Positions 29,499 through 40,373 of a stretch of 64,000 bases of DNA are shown piece by piece; the stretch's first letter is position 1; every line of letters begins with the position of its first letter. The stretch comes from an uncultured Spirochaetota bacterium. Lineage in GTDB: Bacteria; Spirochaetota; Brevinematia; Brevinematales; JAOACQ01. Location: NCBI GenBank assembly GCA_963835575.1, contig CAWIGG010000002.1, positions 480,001-544,000 on the forward strand, read 5' to 3'. A model generated the notes under the pieces. The model was not told where the DNA came from, ran no database searches, and saw nothing but the letters and a program-made list of their open reading frames with translations. Made by a program: the position numbers and the translations under genes.

Positions 29499-30287
29499 AT
29501 GAAGTACATAATAACACTGATGCTTCTTGGAATGGTTTGGTCCGTATCCTATTCCGCGCTATTAAAGAAAACCGTTCAGTACAAAGAGGGCAGTACGGTT
29601 CTGGAAGGTTATCTGGTTTATGACGATTCCATTCAAGGCAAACGGCCGGGAATATTGGTCGCCCATGAATGGACCGGCGTCACACCGTATATTATGGGAA
29701 GGGCAGAACAGATCGCGCAGCTCGGTTATGTCGTTTTTGCCGAAGATATTTACGGGAAAGGCGTCAGGCCGAAGAATGCCGATGAGGCGGGTAAAGAAGC
29801 CGGTAAATTCCTGGCCGACAGGAAGCTGCTGTTGGAAAGGGCTTCGGCCGGTTTGAATGAACTGCTGAAGAACCCTTTTGTTGACCCGGCGCGGATCGCC
29901 GCGGTCGGCTACTGCTTCGGCGGAGCGGTTGTCCTGGACCTGGGACGGAGCGGGGCGGACCTGAAGGGCATAGTGACATTTCACGGCAATCTGGTTACAC
30001 CGCGTCCGGAAGATAACGCGAATATCAAAGCGAAGGTTTTGATCCTCCATGGCGCCGATGACCCTTATGTGAATGCCAAAGTTGTCAATGACTTTGAGGT
30101 CTCATTAAAAAAGACAAAGGTTGACTGGCAGGTTGTACTCTACAGCAGCACGGTGCATGGGTTTTCAAATCCCAACAATGGGAGCGATCCGTCAACCGGC
30201 CTGGCTTATAATCCGTTGTCAGACAAACGTTCCTGGCAGGCCATGAAGGATTTCCTGAACGAGATTTTTCCGGAATCCGGCAAATAA
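29499..30287 (+). CDS. Dienelactone hydrolase family protein, exported
   Basis: HEWTG, GYCFGG, HGADDP, HGF; signal peptide; AGGAG RBS before ATG 29499. Confidence 0.92.
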   Translation: MKYIITLMLLGMVWSVSYSALLKKTVQYKEGSTVLEGYLVYDDSIQGKRPGILVAHEWTGVTPYIMGRAEQIAQLGYVVFAEDIYGKGVRPKNADEAGKEAGKFLADRKLLLERASAGLNELLKNPFVDPARIAAVGYCFGGAVVLDLGRSGADLKGIVTFHGNLVTPRPEDNANIKAKVLILHGADDPYVNAKVVNDFEVSLKKTKVDWQVVLYSSTVHGFSNPNNGSDPSTGLAYNPLSDKRSWQAMKDFLNEIFPESGK

Positions 30288-30317
30288 AGATTGTTAATGT
30301 TTTTTGAACCATATAGG

Positions 30318-30358
30318 AACTCCTTACTCCGGCTCTTTAATAAGGACCGGAGGGAGTT
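30318..30358 (+). terminator. Hairpin downstream of the hydrolase gene, possible terminator
   Basis: aactcc..ctccgg / ccggag.ggagtt stem; only a short T tract follows. Confidence 0.35.
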
Positions 30359-30755
30359 TAGGATTAATGTCGAGCGGCCTTAATGTTAATTAAAAGCATT
30401 ACTCAACTATATATAAGAGGAAGAAAGGATTATTTGCAATTGACCTTAATGGGAAATTCTTTTTTTATTTCAGTTTTCTCATGTTTTTAAAGTAAGTATC
30501 GGATCCGGCTGCATTCATATAGGTTTTGTCTCTATTCTGTCTAAAAATCCCATAAATTACATTCAGTTCTGCCGGTGGGAAACGGGTTATTATTCAACTT
30601 TAATGAAAATATCAGGTATTTCCGGCGTCTTTTTTTTGAAATATTATCATTTATATATTAAGATTTATAAGGAAGAGGGAATAAGATATTTCCAAAGTTC
30701 CATTTTGGGAAATTGGAAATATCTTATTTTCATATTACTTTTTGGGGAGGAAAAG

Positions 30756-31001
30756 ATGGAAAATAATCTGAACGAAATGATGGAAAAGATCCTCAGTATT
30801 AAGCAGGAAATGGACAAGGTTGAGTTCAGAGTACTTAACACCAAAACCCATATTGAGAGCGTGGAGAAATCAATGGAAAAAATCAGTAAAGAGATTATTG
30901 AAGGTTTTCATATAGTCTCTTGTAAAGTAAATCATCTTGAAGAAGAAATGAAGAAAATTGAAATTCAGATTGAAACACTGTCAAAGAAAGGAAAGAAATA
31001 A
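30756..31001 (+). CDS. Small coiled-coil hypothetical protein
   Basis: GGGGAGG RBS before ATG 30756; heptad-like E/K-rich sequence. Confidence 0.65.
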   Translation: MENNLNEMMEKILSIKQEMDKVEFRVLNTKTHIESVEKSMEKISKEIIEGFHIVSCKVNHLEEEMKKIEIQIETLSKKGKK

Positions 31002-31026
31002 GCGCCGGAAGGCGCTTATTTCTTTT
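30996..31026 (+). terminator. Rho-independent terminator-like hairpin
   Basis: aaataagcgcc-ggaa-ggcgcttattt followed by tctttt. Confidence 0.6.
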
Positions 31027-31039
31027 ACGGGAGAAAAAG

Positions 31040-32407
31040 ATGCTTTCACAAATCACTGATAATATAAAAAAACTGCAGGCTGATTACGGTGAAATTCACT
31101 ATGAAGTTTTTTATTCAACAAAAATCGTCTATTCAAATAATAATATAGAAGCGGTTCATACTTCTAAAACAGCATCCGGCAATATCAGGGTCTTGATTAA
31201 CGGCGGGTGGGGCTTTTCTTCCTTTAATGAAGCCGATTTTGATAAAAACATATCTTCCGCAAGAAGAAACGCGGAACTGGTCAGCGGGCGGAAAGATATC
31301 AAGAAAAGCACGCTGTTTCTTTCAAAGCCTGTAAAAGCTGAAATAAAAACCGGTTTTAAGATATCTCCGGACAGTCTGTCTTTAAAAGAAAAAAATGAAA
31401 TAACCGGTAAATACAATAATCTTCTCAAGCATCCAAAGATTGCCTCGACCAGAGTCATTTATTCCGACTGGAAAACGGAGAAATACTTTGCCAATACCGA
31501 AGGGTCCGCGATATCGCAGACAAAAGTATTTACAGGAGTGTCCTACGGGGCCATGGCAAAAGACGGGAACAATGTTCAGCAGGCTTTTGAGTCGGTAGGA
31601 GAATACGGCGGGATGGAATTGGTACTGGGCCGGGAAGAAAAGGTCGAATTGATCAAGAAAAGGGCCATTGACCTTCTTTCCGCGAAGAAAGTTGAATCCG
31701 GAACTTATACTGTCATTTTAGACACGAACCTCGCCGGCGTTTTTGCCCATGAGGCGTTCGGCCATCTATCCGAATCCGATTTTCTCTATGAAAACCCAAA
31801 GATGCAGGAAGTGATGGTTTTAGGAAAAAAGTTCGGTCCCGGGATTTTAAATATTATTGACGACGGCTCCCTGCCGGGGCTCGCGGGCTTTACTCCCTAT
31901 GATGATGAGGGAATTAAGGCAAAGCAGAATTACCTGATAAAGGAAGGCGGATTAAACGCGCGGCTTCATTCGCGCGAAACTGCGGAAAAAATGAATGAAG
32001 GAGTTACCGGGAACGCACGTTCCATCAGTCCTCTTTACCAGCCTATTGTCCGTATGACGAATACTTATATAGACAGGGGCGAATCCGGTTTTGAGGAACT
32101 GCTTTCGTCTGTCGATGACGGTATTTACGCCATAGACTATCTGGGCGGCATGACCAATCTCGAAATGTTCACATTTTCATCCGCCTATGCCTACAGGATA
32201 AAAAATGGCAAAATCGGGGAGCTTGTCAGGGATGTTGTTCTTTCGGGGAATGTGTTTAAAACGCTTCATAATATAACAAAAATCGGAAACGATCTGACTT
32301 TTCATGGAGGATTGGGCGGCTGCGGGAAAGGCGGTCAGAGCGGCCTTCCCGTATCGACAGGAAGTCCCCATATTATTATAAAAGATGTTCTTATTGGAGG
32401 GGTATAA
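31040..32407 (+). CDS. tldD: TldD/PmbA family metalloprotease (TldD type)
   Basis: HEAFGHLSE.D, DDEG, RMTNT, GGCGKGGQ. Confidence 0.88.
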   Translation: MLSQITDNIKKLQADYGEIHYEVFYSTKIVYSNNNIEAVHTSKTASGNIRVLINGGWGFSSFNEADFDKNISSARRNAELVSGRKDIKKSTLFLSKPVKAEIKTGFKISPDSLSLKEKNEITGKYNNLLKHPKIASTRVIYSDWKTEKYFANTEGSAISQTKVFTGVSYGAMAKDGNNVQQAFESVGEYGGMELVLGREEKVELIKKRAIDLLSAKKVESGTYTVILDTNLAGVFAHEAFGHLSESDFLYENPKMQEVMVLGKKFGPGILNIIDDGSLPGLAGFTPYDDEGIKAKQNYLIKEGGLNARLHSRETAEKMNEGVTGNARSISPLYQPIVRMTNTYIDRGESGFEELLSSVDDGIYAIDYLGGMTNLEMFTFSSAYAYRIKNGKIGELVRDVVLSGNVFKTLHNITKIGNDLTFHGGLGGCGKGGQSGLPVSTGSPHIIIKDVLIGGV

Positions 32408-32520
32408 ACCCCAGGTATTTTGCTGAGGAGCATGAATATTCATTCTGTTGATTTATAATGGAAATGAAATTATAATAACTGTTTTAATAACAGGCTCAGT
32501 GTCAGCGTTAAGGAGACAGA

Positions 32521-33315
32521 ATGCTTAAGATAACCGTCACAGGCGCGGCCGGCAGGATGGGCAGAACAATCATCAAAGTTGTCGCTGAAGATAAAGAAGC
32601 CCAGATTGTCGGCGCGGTGGAAAAAAGCGATAGCCCGTATCTGGGTAATGACGCAGGGGAATTGAGCGGCATCGGCAGGAAATTAAATGTCCCGGTTCAG
32701 GATAATCTTGAAAAGGCTTTATCGCCTGCGGATGTATTGATCGATTTCACATCTCCTTCCGAAACAGGCTTCCATATCAAAACCGCCCTGCGGAAACAAA
32801 AGGCGCTGGTTATCGGAACGACCGGTGTAGGTGAAGAAGATAAAAAGCTCCTGCTGGAAGCGGGTAAAAAAATCCCGGTTATCTGGGCGCCTAATTTCAG
32901 CGTCGGCGTTAATTTAATCGCGAAGCTGACAAGGATCGCCGCGGAAGTCCTCGGGAAAGGGTTTGACCCGGAAATAGTCGAGGCGCACCACCGAATGAAG
33001 AAAGATTCGCCGAGCGGCACCGCCATAAAGCTTCTTAACGTTCTAAAAGATGTTTATAAAACAGATGATGTTGTTTACGGAAGGGAAGGCCTTATCGGAG
33101 AGCGGCCCGGCTCTCAGATAGGCGTTTTTGCTGTGAGAGGGGGGGATGTTGCCGGAGAACACACTGTTTCCTTTTTCGGGGACGGCGAGAGAGTGGAGAT
33201 AGTCCATAAGGCATCATCACGGGAAACATTCGCGCGCGGGGCTTTACGGGCGGCGAAATATATAGTAAAAAAAGGCCCTGGAATTTATACAATGGAGGAT
33301 GTCCTGGGTTTATAA
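32521..33315 (+). CDS. dapB: 4-hydroxy-tetrahydrodipicolinate reductase
   Basis: GAAGRMG, IGTTG, APNFSVG, EAHHRMKKDSPSGTA. Confidence 0.96.
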   Translation: MLKITVTGAAGRMGRTIIKVVAEDKEAQIVGAVEKSDSPYLGNDAGELSGIGRKLNVPVQDNLEKALSPADVLIDFTSPSETGFHIKTALRKQKALVIGTTGVGEEDKKLLLEAGKKIPVIWAPNFSVGVNLIAKLTRIAAEVLGKGFDPEIVEAHHRMKKDSPSGTAIKLLNVLKDVYKTDDVVYGREGLIGERPGSQIGVFAVRGGDVAGEHTVSFFGDGERVEIVHKASSRETFARGALRAAKYIVKKGPGIYTMEDVLGL

Positions 33316-33327
33316 AAGGGAGGCATT

Positions 33328-34839
33328 ATGTCAAATGAAAAGATCTATCCTGATAAATTTTATAAAGATATAGAAGGGCTGACTTTTGACGATGTGCTGA
33401 TCGTCCCCAATCAATCCGAAGTGATCCCGGCGCAGACGGACACATCTTCATTCCTGACCCAAAAGATTAAAATGAAAATTCCCATCATATCGGCTGCAAT
33501 GGATACCGTCACGGATTCGAACATGGCCATCGCCATTGCCCAGATGGGCGGGATCGGGATCATTCACCGCAATTATGACATTGAAAAACATATTGAAGAA
33601 GTCAAAAAGGTAAAGCGTTTTGAAAATATCGTGATCAATAATCCGATTGTTCTGAATCTGCATAAAAAAATCAAAGACGTGAAAGATGTGATGAAGGAAT
33701 ACAGCGTTTCCGGTATTCCGATTGTTAATGATAAAAATGAACTGGTCGGAATAGTGACAAAAAGGGACCTGGGTTTTGTCGACGCGGATAAGAACCCTGA
33801 TAAAAGCGTGAAAGATATCATGACCCCCCGCAATGAACTGGTTACATACGAAGGGACCGTCGATTTAAAAAAGGCAAGCGAGATCATGCGTGAAAACCGG
33901 GTCGAAAAGCTTCCCATCGTCGATAAAAACAATAAAATCACAGGGCTTATCACACTGAAGGACATCACAAAAATCGCCGAATTCCCCGACGCGACAAAGG
34001 ATGAAAAAGGCCGGCTCCGCGTCGGCGCGGCTGTCGGGACTTCAGAGGCCGATTTTGAAAGAGCTAAAAGGCTTCATGACGTCGAAGTCGATGTTATCGT
34101 TGTGGACACCGCCCATGGCCATTCAATAAAGGTCCTGAATATGGTTGAAAAACTTAAGAACGCCTATCCGGACCAGCAGCTGATCGCCGGGAATATCGCG
34201 ACGGCGGAAGCCGCAGAAGCCTTGATTAAAAGAGGCGCCGATGCCGTAAAAGTCGGCATAGGTCCCGGCTCAATCTGCACGACGCGTGTTGTCGCCGGGA
34301 TCGGAATTCCGCAAATCACGGCCATAATGGAAGTTTTTTCCATTGCCCAAAAATATAATGTGTCCATGATCGCTGACGGAGGAATTAAGTTCTCGGGGGA
34401 TATCGCCAAAGCCATCGCGGCGGGGGCTGACACAGTGATGATCGGAAATCTATTGGCCGGAACGACGGAAAGCCCGGGTGAATTTGTCATATATAAAGGA
34501 CGGAGATATAAATCCTACAGAGGGATGGGGTCGCTTGCGGCAATGCAGGAAGGCTCGAAAAACCGCTACTTTCAGGATGATTATGAGCCGGAAAAACTTG
34601 TCCCTGAAGGTATTGAAGGCCGCGTCCCTTATAAGGGAGACCTGAAGGATGTCATCTATCAGTTGATCGGCGGCCTGCGCTCCGCGATGGGTTACTGCGG
34701 CACGGCTGATATATCTGAGTTTAAAGAAAAAACAAGATTCTTGAAGATCACCAATGCTTCGCTCAGGGAGTCGCATCCTCACGATGTGATTATTACAAAA
34801 GAAGCGCCGAATTATATGGTTGATTCTGAAGAATATTGA
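33328..34839 (+). CDS. guaB: IMP dehydrogenase
   Basis: [18 protein letters not shown] pair, [17 protein letters not shown]. Confidence 0.98.
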   Translation: MSNEKIYPDKFYKDIEGLTFDDVLIVPNQSEVIPAQTDTSSFLTQKIKMKIPIISAAMDTVTDSNMAIAIAQMGGIGIIHRNYDIEKHIEEVKKVKRFENIVINNPIVLNLHKKIKDVKDVMKEYSVSGIPIVNDKNELVGIVTKRDLGFVDADKNPDKSVKDIMTPRNELVTYEGTVDLKKASEIMRENRVEKLPIVDKNNKITGLITLKDITKIAEFPDATKDEKGRLRVGAAVGTSEADFERAKRLHDVEVDVIVVDTAHGHSIKVLNMVEKLKNAYPDQQLIAGNIATAEAAEALIKRGADAVKVGIGPGSICTTRVVAGIGIPQITAIMEVFSIAQKYNVSMIADGGIKFSGDIAKAIAAGADTVMIGNLLAGTTESPGEFVIYKGRRYKSYRGMGSLAAMQEGSKNRYFQDDYEPEKLVPEGIEGRVPYKGDLKDVIYQLIGGLRSAMGYCGTADISEFKEKTRFLKITNASLRESHPHDVIITKEAPNYMVDSEEY

Positions 34840-34859
34840 TTAGACATGGGGGATCATTA

Positions 34860-35789
34860 ATGGAAGAATTTGTATTTCATATAAGCTCTCTGGAATCTGA
34901 AATTAAAAAGGGCAAAAACTATGTTCTGATTGATCCGATTCATGATTCCAAAATGAAAGTTCTTATCGGGACGCAGAAGATACTGACAGAAAAAGATATC
35001 GTAAAAATAAAAGAGTTGTTTGAAAATAATCCGCACACGACCATCCATGTCAGAACAGCCATACCTCATTATATAGAAGAAGATAAAAGGGTAAAATGGG
35101 TTTCATTGATTATTTCTAATTTCGAGGCTAAAGATTATGTAAAAAAACTGACCTATGAAAGAAAAGACTTCATCACCAAGTATCTTAAATCAATTATAAA
35201 AGAGGATGATTACGTTGTCTGGAAGCTGTATCAATTAAAAAATTTCTCGAAAAAATTATTTGATCATTCGTTGAATACATGTTTTATCGCGCTGATTACT
35301 TATTATAATTATAATTTGATGAACCAGTCCGGGATGATAGACGGGAAAATGGTTGAAAATGTCATAAATGCCAGTTTACTGCAAAGTATCGGTCTTTTGA
35401 AAAATGACGCGAAAATGCTGGAAAAGAAAAGGGTTGAAATTGTTCAAAACCGCCTGTCCGAATTTTACCAGCATACAAGTGAAGCATATAAGATTCTTAA
35501 ATCAGAAACCGCCCGGCATGATCTTCCCGAGGAAGTCCTTCAGGCTGTCTTAAACCATGAGGAATTCGCTGACGGGAGCGGTTCGCCCCGGGGGCTGGAT
35601 GGGAACGATATGCCGTTTCTGGCGAAGCTTCTTTCCCTGGCCAATTATTTTGAGCTGCTTCTTTCAGGGGAATGGAGTTTAAAAGACAGGACAAGCCGCG
35701 AACACTGCAGTAAACTCCGGCAGGAAAGAAAAAAATTCGACCCGCAGATTTTTGAAGCGCTGGATTCCAGCTTTAAGACTTTATTTTAG
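34860..35789 (+). CDS. Degenerate HD-GYP domain protein
   Basis: DHSLN...LLQSIG...HEEFADGSGSPRGL...FDP matches the HD-GYP layout with HD and GYP altered. Confidence 0.7.
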   Translation: MEEFVFHISSLESEIKKGKNYVLIDPIHDSKMKVLIGTQKILTEKDIVKIKELFENNPHTTIHVRTAIPHYIEEDKRVKWVSLIISNFEAKDYVKKLTYERKDFITKYLKSIIKEDDYVVWKLYQLKNFSKKLFDHSLNTCFIALITYYNYNLMNQSGMIDGKMVENVINASLLQSIGLLKNDAKMLEKKRVEIVQNRLSEFYQHTSEAYKILKSETARHDLPEEVLQAVLNHEEFADGSGSPRGLDGNDMPFLAKLLSLANYFELLLSGEWSLKDRTSREHCSKLRQERKKFDPQIFEALDSSFKTLF

Positions 35790-35857
35790 GAAGCTCTAAA
35801 AAACTTCAGTTGCCCTATATATATACTGATAAAATTTTATAAGCAGCGGATTTACAT

Positions 35858-37507
35858 ATGACCGGAAAATCCTATTCACCGGAAGAAATCAAGCAGTTTG
35901 CCCGCGCTCATTTTCATATAACCTGTTTCCGGGAACAACAGCTTGAAATAATCAAGTCCCTCTTAAATAAAAAAGATACTATCGTAGTCATGCCTACAGG
36001 CGGAGGAAAATCCATTACGTTTCAAATCCCGGCTTTGATGCGGGAAGGGTTGGCGCTGGTAGTGAGCCCGCTTATATCTCTCATGAAGGACCAGGTCAGG
36101 ATTTTAAAAGAAGAGAAAAATATCATCGGATGCGATTATTTATCATCAAACCGCCCCTATTCTGAAATTAAAGAAGTATACGGCCGTATAGATCAAATCA
36201 AGATTCTTTATGTTACTCCTGAAAGGCTTGAAAATCAGGAATTTATCAAGTTTCTCCGTTCCAAAAATCTGGTCGTTTCCATGATTATTGTTGATGAGGC
36301 TCACTGCATCTCTCTCTGGGGGAACACATTCCGGCCGTCATATCTGAAATTAAAAGCGGTAAAGAATAATTTCCCTGACGCTGTAGTCGGGGCTTTTACG
36401 GCTACGGCTACTCCAGAGATAATAAATGACATTATTTTTTTTCTGGGTTTGAAGGAGCCTGTCCTTTTCCGGAAAAGCATGAGACGGGACAATATTTTCA
36501 TCAGCATTTCTTTTATCCAGGATAAATTTCTGTATCTCTTAAAAAATATTCAGAAAGACCAATTTACCATTATTTACACCACATCAAAATATTTATGTGA
36601 TTCCCTGGTATATCTCCTGGAATCGCACGGCTATTCCGCCGCGGCCTATCACGCGGGCCTGCCTTCTGAGACACGGAATAAGAACCAGAATGATTTTATG
36701 GAAGGAAGAAAAAAGATCATGGTGGCGACATCAGCCTTCGGGATGGGCATCGATAAAAAGGATGTCCGCCATATTATACATTTCCAGGCCCCGCTGGAAC
36801 TGGAAGAGTACCTTCAGGAGATAGGAAGGGCCGGCAGGGACGGTAAAGCCGCCAGGGCGGATCTGCTCGCCGGCCTGGATGATTTCAATGATCTGGCATC
36901 ATTCTTAAATGATCAATACCCTCCATGGGATACCGTTAGAAAATGGCTTAATAAAAATCAGCTGAGCCGGGCGGAAAAGGAAAGACTGGAATCCATTTTT
37001 TCAGCCTTCGGGGATATCGAAGCGGATGAATTGAAAAAGTCTAAAGATCTGTATTTAAAAAAGAAGAAAATAAGAATGAATAAACTGAATGGGGTAACAG
37101 AATTCCTTTCTTCATCTGCCTGCAGAATGGTATTTTTAATGAAATATTTTGGGGAAAAAGCAACTCACAATTGCGGGCATTGCGACTATTGTATTTCAAA
37201 AAAAGATAAAGGCGGACTTAATCAAGATGAATTACGGATAAGCGCCTTACTATTTTCAATTAATAAAAGCATAATCATTAATAACTTGAAGGATATCGGA
37301 AGCGGTGTAAAATCTAATTTTACTGTTTTTCCCGGATTCGGCAAACTTAAGGGCATTTCCATTCAAAATTATAGAGAGATATTATATTCTTTAAAGAACA
37401 AAGGTATAATTGAATTTGATAAAGAAGGGAAAGCAGTTCTTTATAATAAAAAAAATAATCAAATAAGCTTGCCACATCCGTCAAAAAAAATTACAATAAA
37501 GATATAG
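35858..37507 (+). CDS. recQ: RecQ-family ATP-dependent DNA helicase
   Basis: MPTGGGKS, VDEAHCIS.WG..FRP.Y, AFGMGIDK, QEIGRAGRDG, CGHCDYC. Confidence 0.9.
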   Translation: MTGKSYSPEEIKQFARAHFHITCFREQQLEIIKSLLNKKDTIVVMPTGGGKSITFQIPALMREGLALVVSPLISLMKDQVRILKEEKNIIGCDYLSSNRPYSEIKEVYGRIDQIKILYVTPERLENQEFIKFLRSKNLVVSMIIVDEAHCISLWGNTFRPSYLKLKAVKNNFPDAVVGAFTATATPEIINDIIFFLGLKEPVLFRKSMRRDNIFISISFIQDKFLYLLKNIQKDQFTIIYTTSKYLCDSLVYLLESHGYSAAAYHAGLPSETRNKNQNDFMEGRKKIMVATSAFGMGIDKKDVRHIIHFQAPLELEEYLQEIGRAGRDGKAARADLLAGLDDFNDLASFLNDQYPPWDTVRKWLNKNQLSRAEKERLESIFSAFGDIEADELKKSKDLYLKKKKIRMNKLNGVTEFLSSSACRMVFLMKYFGEKATHNCGHCDYCISKKDKGGLNQDELRISALLFSINKSIIINNLKDIGSGVKSNFTVFPGFGKLKGISIQNYREILYSLKNKGIIEFDKEGKAVLYNKKNNQISLPHPSKKITIKI

Positions 37508-37650
37508 GGCATTTCCATCCCTCACCAGTTTGTCAGGCTGCACCTGAGGAGCAATCAAACTGGTGAGGGATTGGATATTCCTAAAATCTTATACTTGGAG
37601 AATAAAATGTTCTAAATTACGTAATATTTTGCCGGTTTTTAGAACTGCCC
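37507..37650. mobile_element. MITE with IS5-like ends and an internal hairpin
   Basis: Ends GGGCATTTC / GAACTGCCC flanked by TATA on both sides; 16-bp perfect stem 37517-37532 / 37556-37571. Confidence 0.6.
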
Positions 37651-37709
37651 TATAATTAAAAAGGGGGAGCCCTATTTAAAAATGTAATATTCAGGCTTGA
37701 GGGGGCTGA

Positions 37710-38972
37710 ATGGCCAGAACCAAGCTTCGCGTCTGGATCATGTCGGATGGGGGATACTGGCATGCGACCAGCTTATACAGCCAGTTTTATGAAACTTACC
37801 TGAAAAAAAAGATGGGCATGGAAATTGAATGGCATCTGGTTCCATGGAATAGCGTCTGGCAGGAGTTAATTGAATCTTTTAAAAACAACAGGTCTCCGGA
37901 TGTGTTTCAACTGGGAACCACGTGGCTCAGCTCAATGGCCCATATGGGGTTTTTAGCCCCTGTTCCTTCAGGATTAATAGGTCAAAAAGCCGTAGTAAAA
38001 TGGATGGAAGAAATTGTTCGTTATAACAGCCGTCATATGGCAGTTCCATGGTTTATAGATATTTCCATACTGATGGCAAGACAGGATATACTCCATTCCT
38101 ATCAAATTGATACAACGAAGCCGCTTAAATGGGAGGAATTTTACAATTTATGTTCGGAAATAGGTGAAAGCGCTTTAATTTCCAGACAGAAAAAGAAAGA
38201 AAATCCGGATAATCCTCTCCCGCTTGGAATTTCATTTCATCCGGAAATAACTACCCTTCATAACATCATACCCTGGCTCTGGGCCGGCGGCTGGAATTTC
38301 CCTGATTTTAAAAACCCGCCTTTCCGGATTTTTAACGATGAAAAAGCGAATGTCAGTTTTGATTATTTAAGCGGATTATACGCGGCATGTAAAATGCCGG
38401 GAAATATACTCCTGGCGCCTTCTCATACGCTCCAGCATGATTTCTTTCACAAAGGAGAATTTGTTTTTTTTATCAGCCACTGGTGTCTGGATATAATAAA
38501 AAAATATGGAATATTTCCCGACCAGTTTGAATACAATTGGCCTTTTACTGCCATACCTTTTCCAGCCGGTCCGTATGGCTCAATACCCTGGGGCGGCGGA
38601 TCGGTTCTCTGTGTCTCTTCACAATCGAAACATAAGGAAGAGAGCTGGAATCTCATCGGACATATGGCAAAAGATGACTTTATGAAAAGGAAAACCCAGC
38701 TTTCCGGGTCTTTCCCGGCTCTTGAAGGTCTTTTCTGGGAGGAAATCAGAGGTATAAAGAGCCTCGCTCCTTATTATGATATGATAAAAAATTCATCGAC
38801 ATATCCATCCCATCCCCTCTGGTGTTCAATTGAAATCTTATTAAGCAGCAGCTTGAGCGAGTTATTTACCCTGTTTGCCGGAGACGGCAGGAATATGGAT
38901 AAAGCGTCGGAAATAATAATAAAAGCAGACGATAAAATTAATGAATTGTTTTCATTGGCATGGGGTTTATAG
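37710..38972 (+). CDS. Family-1 solute-binding-type protein without a signal peptide
   Basis: PDVFQLGTTW, AVPWFID, WGGGSVL motifs; N-terminus begins directly with a beta-strand. Confidence 0.75.
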   Translation: MARTKLRVWIMSDGGYWHATSLYSQFYETYLKKKMGMEIEWHLVPWNSVWQELIESFKNNRSPDVFQLGTTWLSSMAHMGFLAPVPSGLIGQKAVVKWMEEIVRYNSRHMAVPWFIDISILMARQDILHSYQIDTTKPLKWEEFYNLCSEIGESALISRQKKKENPDNPLPLGISFHPEITTLHNIIPWLWAGGWNFPDFKNPPFRIFNDEKANVSFDYLSGLYAACKMPGNILLAPSHTLQHDFFHKGEFVFFISHWCLDIIKKYGIFPDQFEYNWPFTAIPFPAGPYGSIPWGGGSVLCVSSQSKHKEESWNLIGHMAKDDFMKRKTQLSGSFPALEGLFWEEIRGIKSLAPYYDMIKNSSTYPSHPLWCSIEILLSSSLSELFTLFAGDGRNMDKASEIIIKADDKINELFSLAWGL

Positions 38973-40373
38973 ATGGAAAATAATTCAAAAATTGACCCGA
39001 AAAATATCGGGATAAGATCGGCGGCGATCATTTTTTCATCAAGTAATTATAAAACAGCATTATCATCGGCAATGCAGATCATTTATCAATCGTTTTCCCA
39101 ATGGGTTAATGAACTGCATCTTTATATAATAGATGGAAGACATGAAAATTTAAGAGAAGAGGTTGTTGTCATAGATGGCGAAAACTACGGCGGAAGCGAT
39201 ATTTTTCCTGTCAATCAAATACAGCAGAAGTTTTCTTTAAAAAGCAGATTTATCAAACGTATGAACAACCAGAGAGAAGATGTGTTTATTCCTCTTAAAA
39301 TGAAAAATCAGCTGATCGGTCTGCTGGAATTAAATTTCAAAAATGTCCCGGATTTTTTAAATAGGGATGATCTGATATTGATGGGACAATCCCTTTCGTT
39401 TGGCATACAGTATGTCCTGCTTCATAAGAAAACCCGGAATTATTCCAGGCTCCTTCATGAAGCTGCCCGTCTCAGCCGTGAATTACATTCGCTTATCGGC
39501 ACCGAAAAACTCATTAACCGCTTTGCGGCAATGGCGGTAAAAAAGCTCGGATTTGACAGGGCTACGATTTTTATTTTCGGCGAAAATACGCAGACTGTTG
39601 TCCGTTGTGTTTCCGCCAATTGCGGGAAAAGGCCTTTTATAATTGAAAATATCAAATGCCCGCCGGATTTTAAAAGCGAACCGTTCCAGCTGGATATTAT
39701 CCCCGGCTTCTGGCTGCCGATTAAGATCGGTCCCCGGGTATTGGGCGGGCTTCTGGTTGATAATATATTCACTCTGGAGCCGGTCCCGAATGATATGATA
39801 GAAACGCTTTTCGAGCTGACCGGCCAGGTCGCCCTGGCGATTGAAAACACGGCTTTATTTAGAAATTTAAAGGAAAAAGCGATGAGGGACGATCTTACCG
39901 GGCTTTTCCGTTCCGGATTTTTTTATGAAGAGGTAAAAAAGGGTATAGAGAATTACATGAGTTCAGCCCTTATTTCCCTTGATATTGATTTTTTTAAATC
40001 TATAAATGATACTTTCGGGCATCCCGCCGGCGACGAGGTCCTCAAAGTCACAGCCCAGACATTGAAAAAGCTTCTCCGGGCCGGGGATATAGCCTGCCGG
40101 ATGGGCGGGGATGAATTCATGGTTTTCCTGCCGGGAGTTGATTCAAGGCATGCCTTAAATATTTCACAGAGGATCATTCATTATTTTCTGGACCATAAGA
40201 TCAAGATACAGGGTAATAAAAATTTTAAGATTTCGCTTTCAGCAGGCGTGGCGCTTTATCCTTCCGATGCGGATAATTTTCAGGAACTCCTCAATCAATC
40301 TGACGCCGCTCTGTATTTATCAAAGCAGAAAGGAAGGGGCAGGGTCCACATGGCGCAGGACTTACTCGACTAG
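38973..40373 (+). CDS. GAF-GGDEF diguanylate cyclase
   Basis: QVALAIEN, DDLTGL, DIDFFKSINDTFGH, RMGGDEF. Confidence 0.9.
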   Translation: MENNSKIDPKNIGIRSAAIIFSSSNYKTALSSAMQIIYQSFSQWVNELHLYIIDGRHENLREEVVVIDGENYGGSDIFPVNQIQQKFSLKSRFIKRMNNQREDVFIPLKMKNQLIGLLELNFKNVPDFLNRDDLILMGQSLSFGIQYVLLHKKTRNYSRLLHEAARLSRELHSLIGTEKLINRFAAMAVKKLGFDRATIFIFGENTQTVVRCVSANCGKRPFIIENIKCPPDFKSEPFQLDIIPGFWLPIKIGPRVLGGLLVDNIFTLEPVPNDMIETLFELTGQVALAIENTALFRNLKEKAMRDDLTGLFRSGFFYEEVKKGIENYMSSALISLDIDFFKSINDTFGHPAGDEVLKVTAQTLKKLLRAGDIACRMGGDEFMVFLPGVDSRHALNISQRIIHYFLDHKIKIQGNKNFKISLSAGVALYPSDADNFQELLNQSDAALYLSKQKGRGRVHMAQDLLD

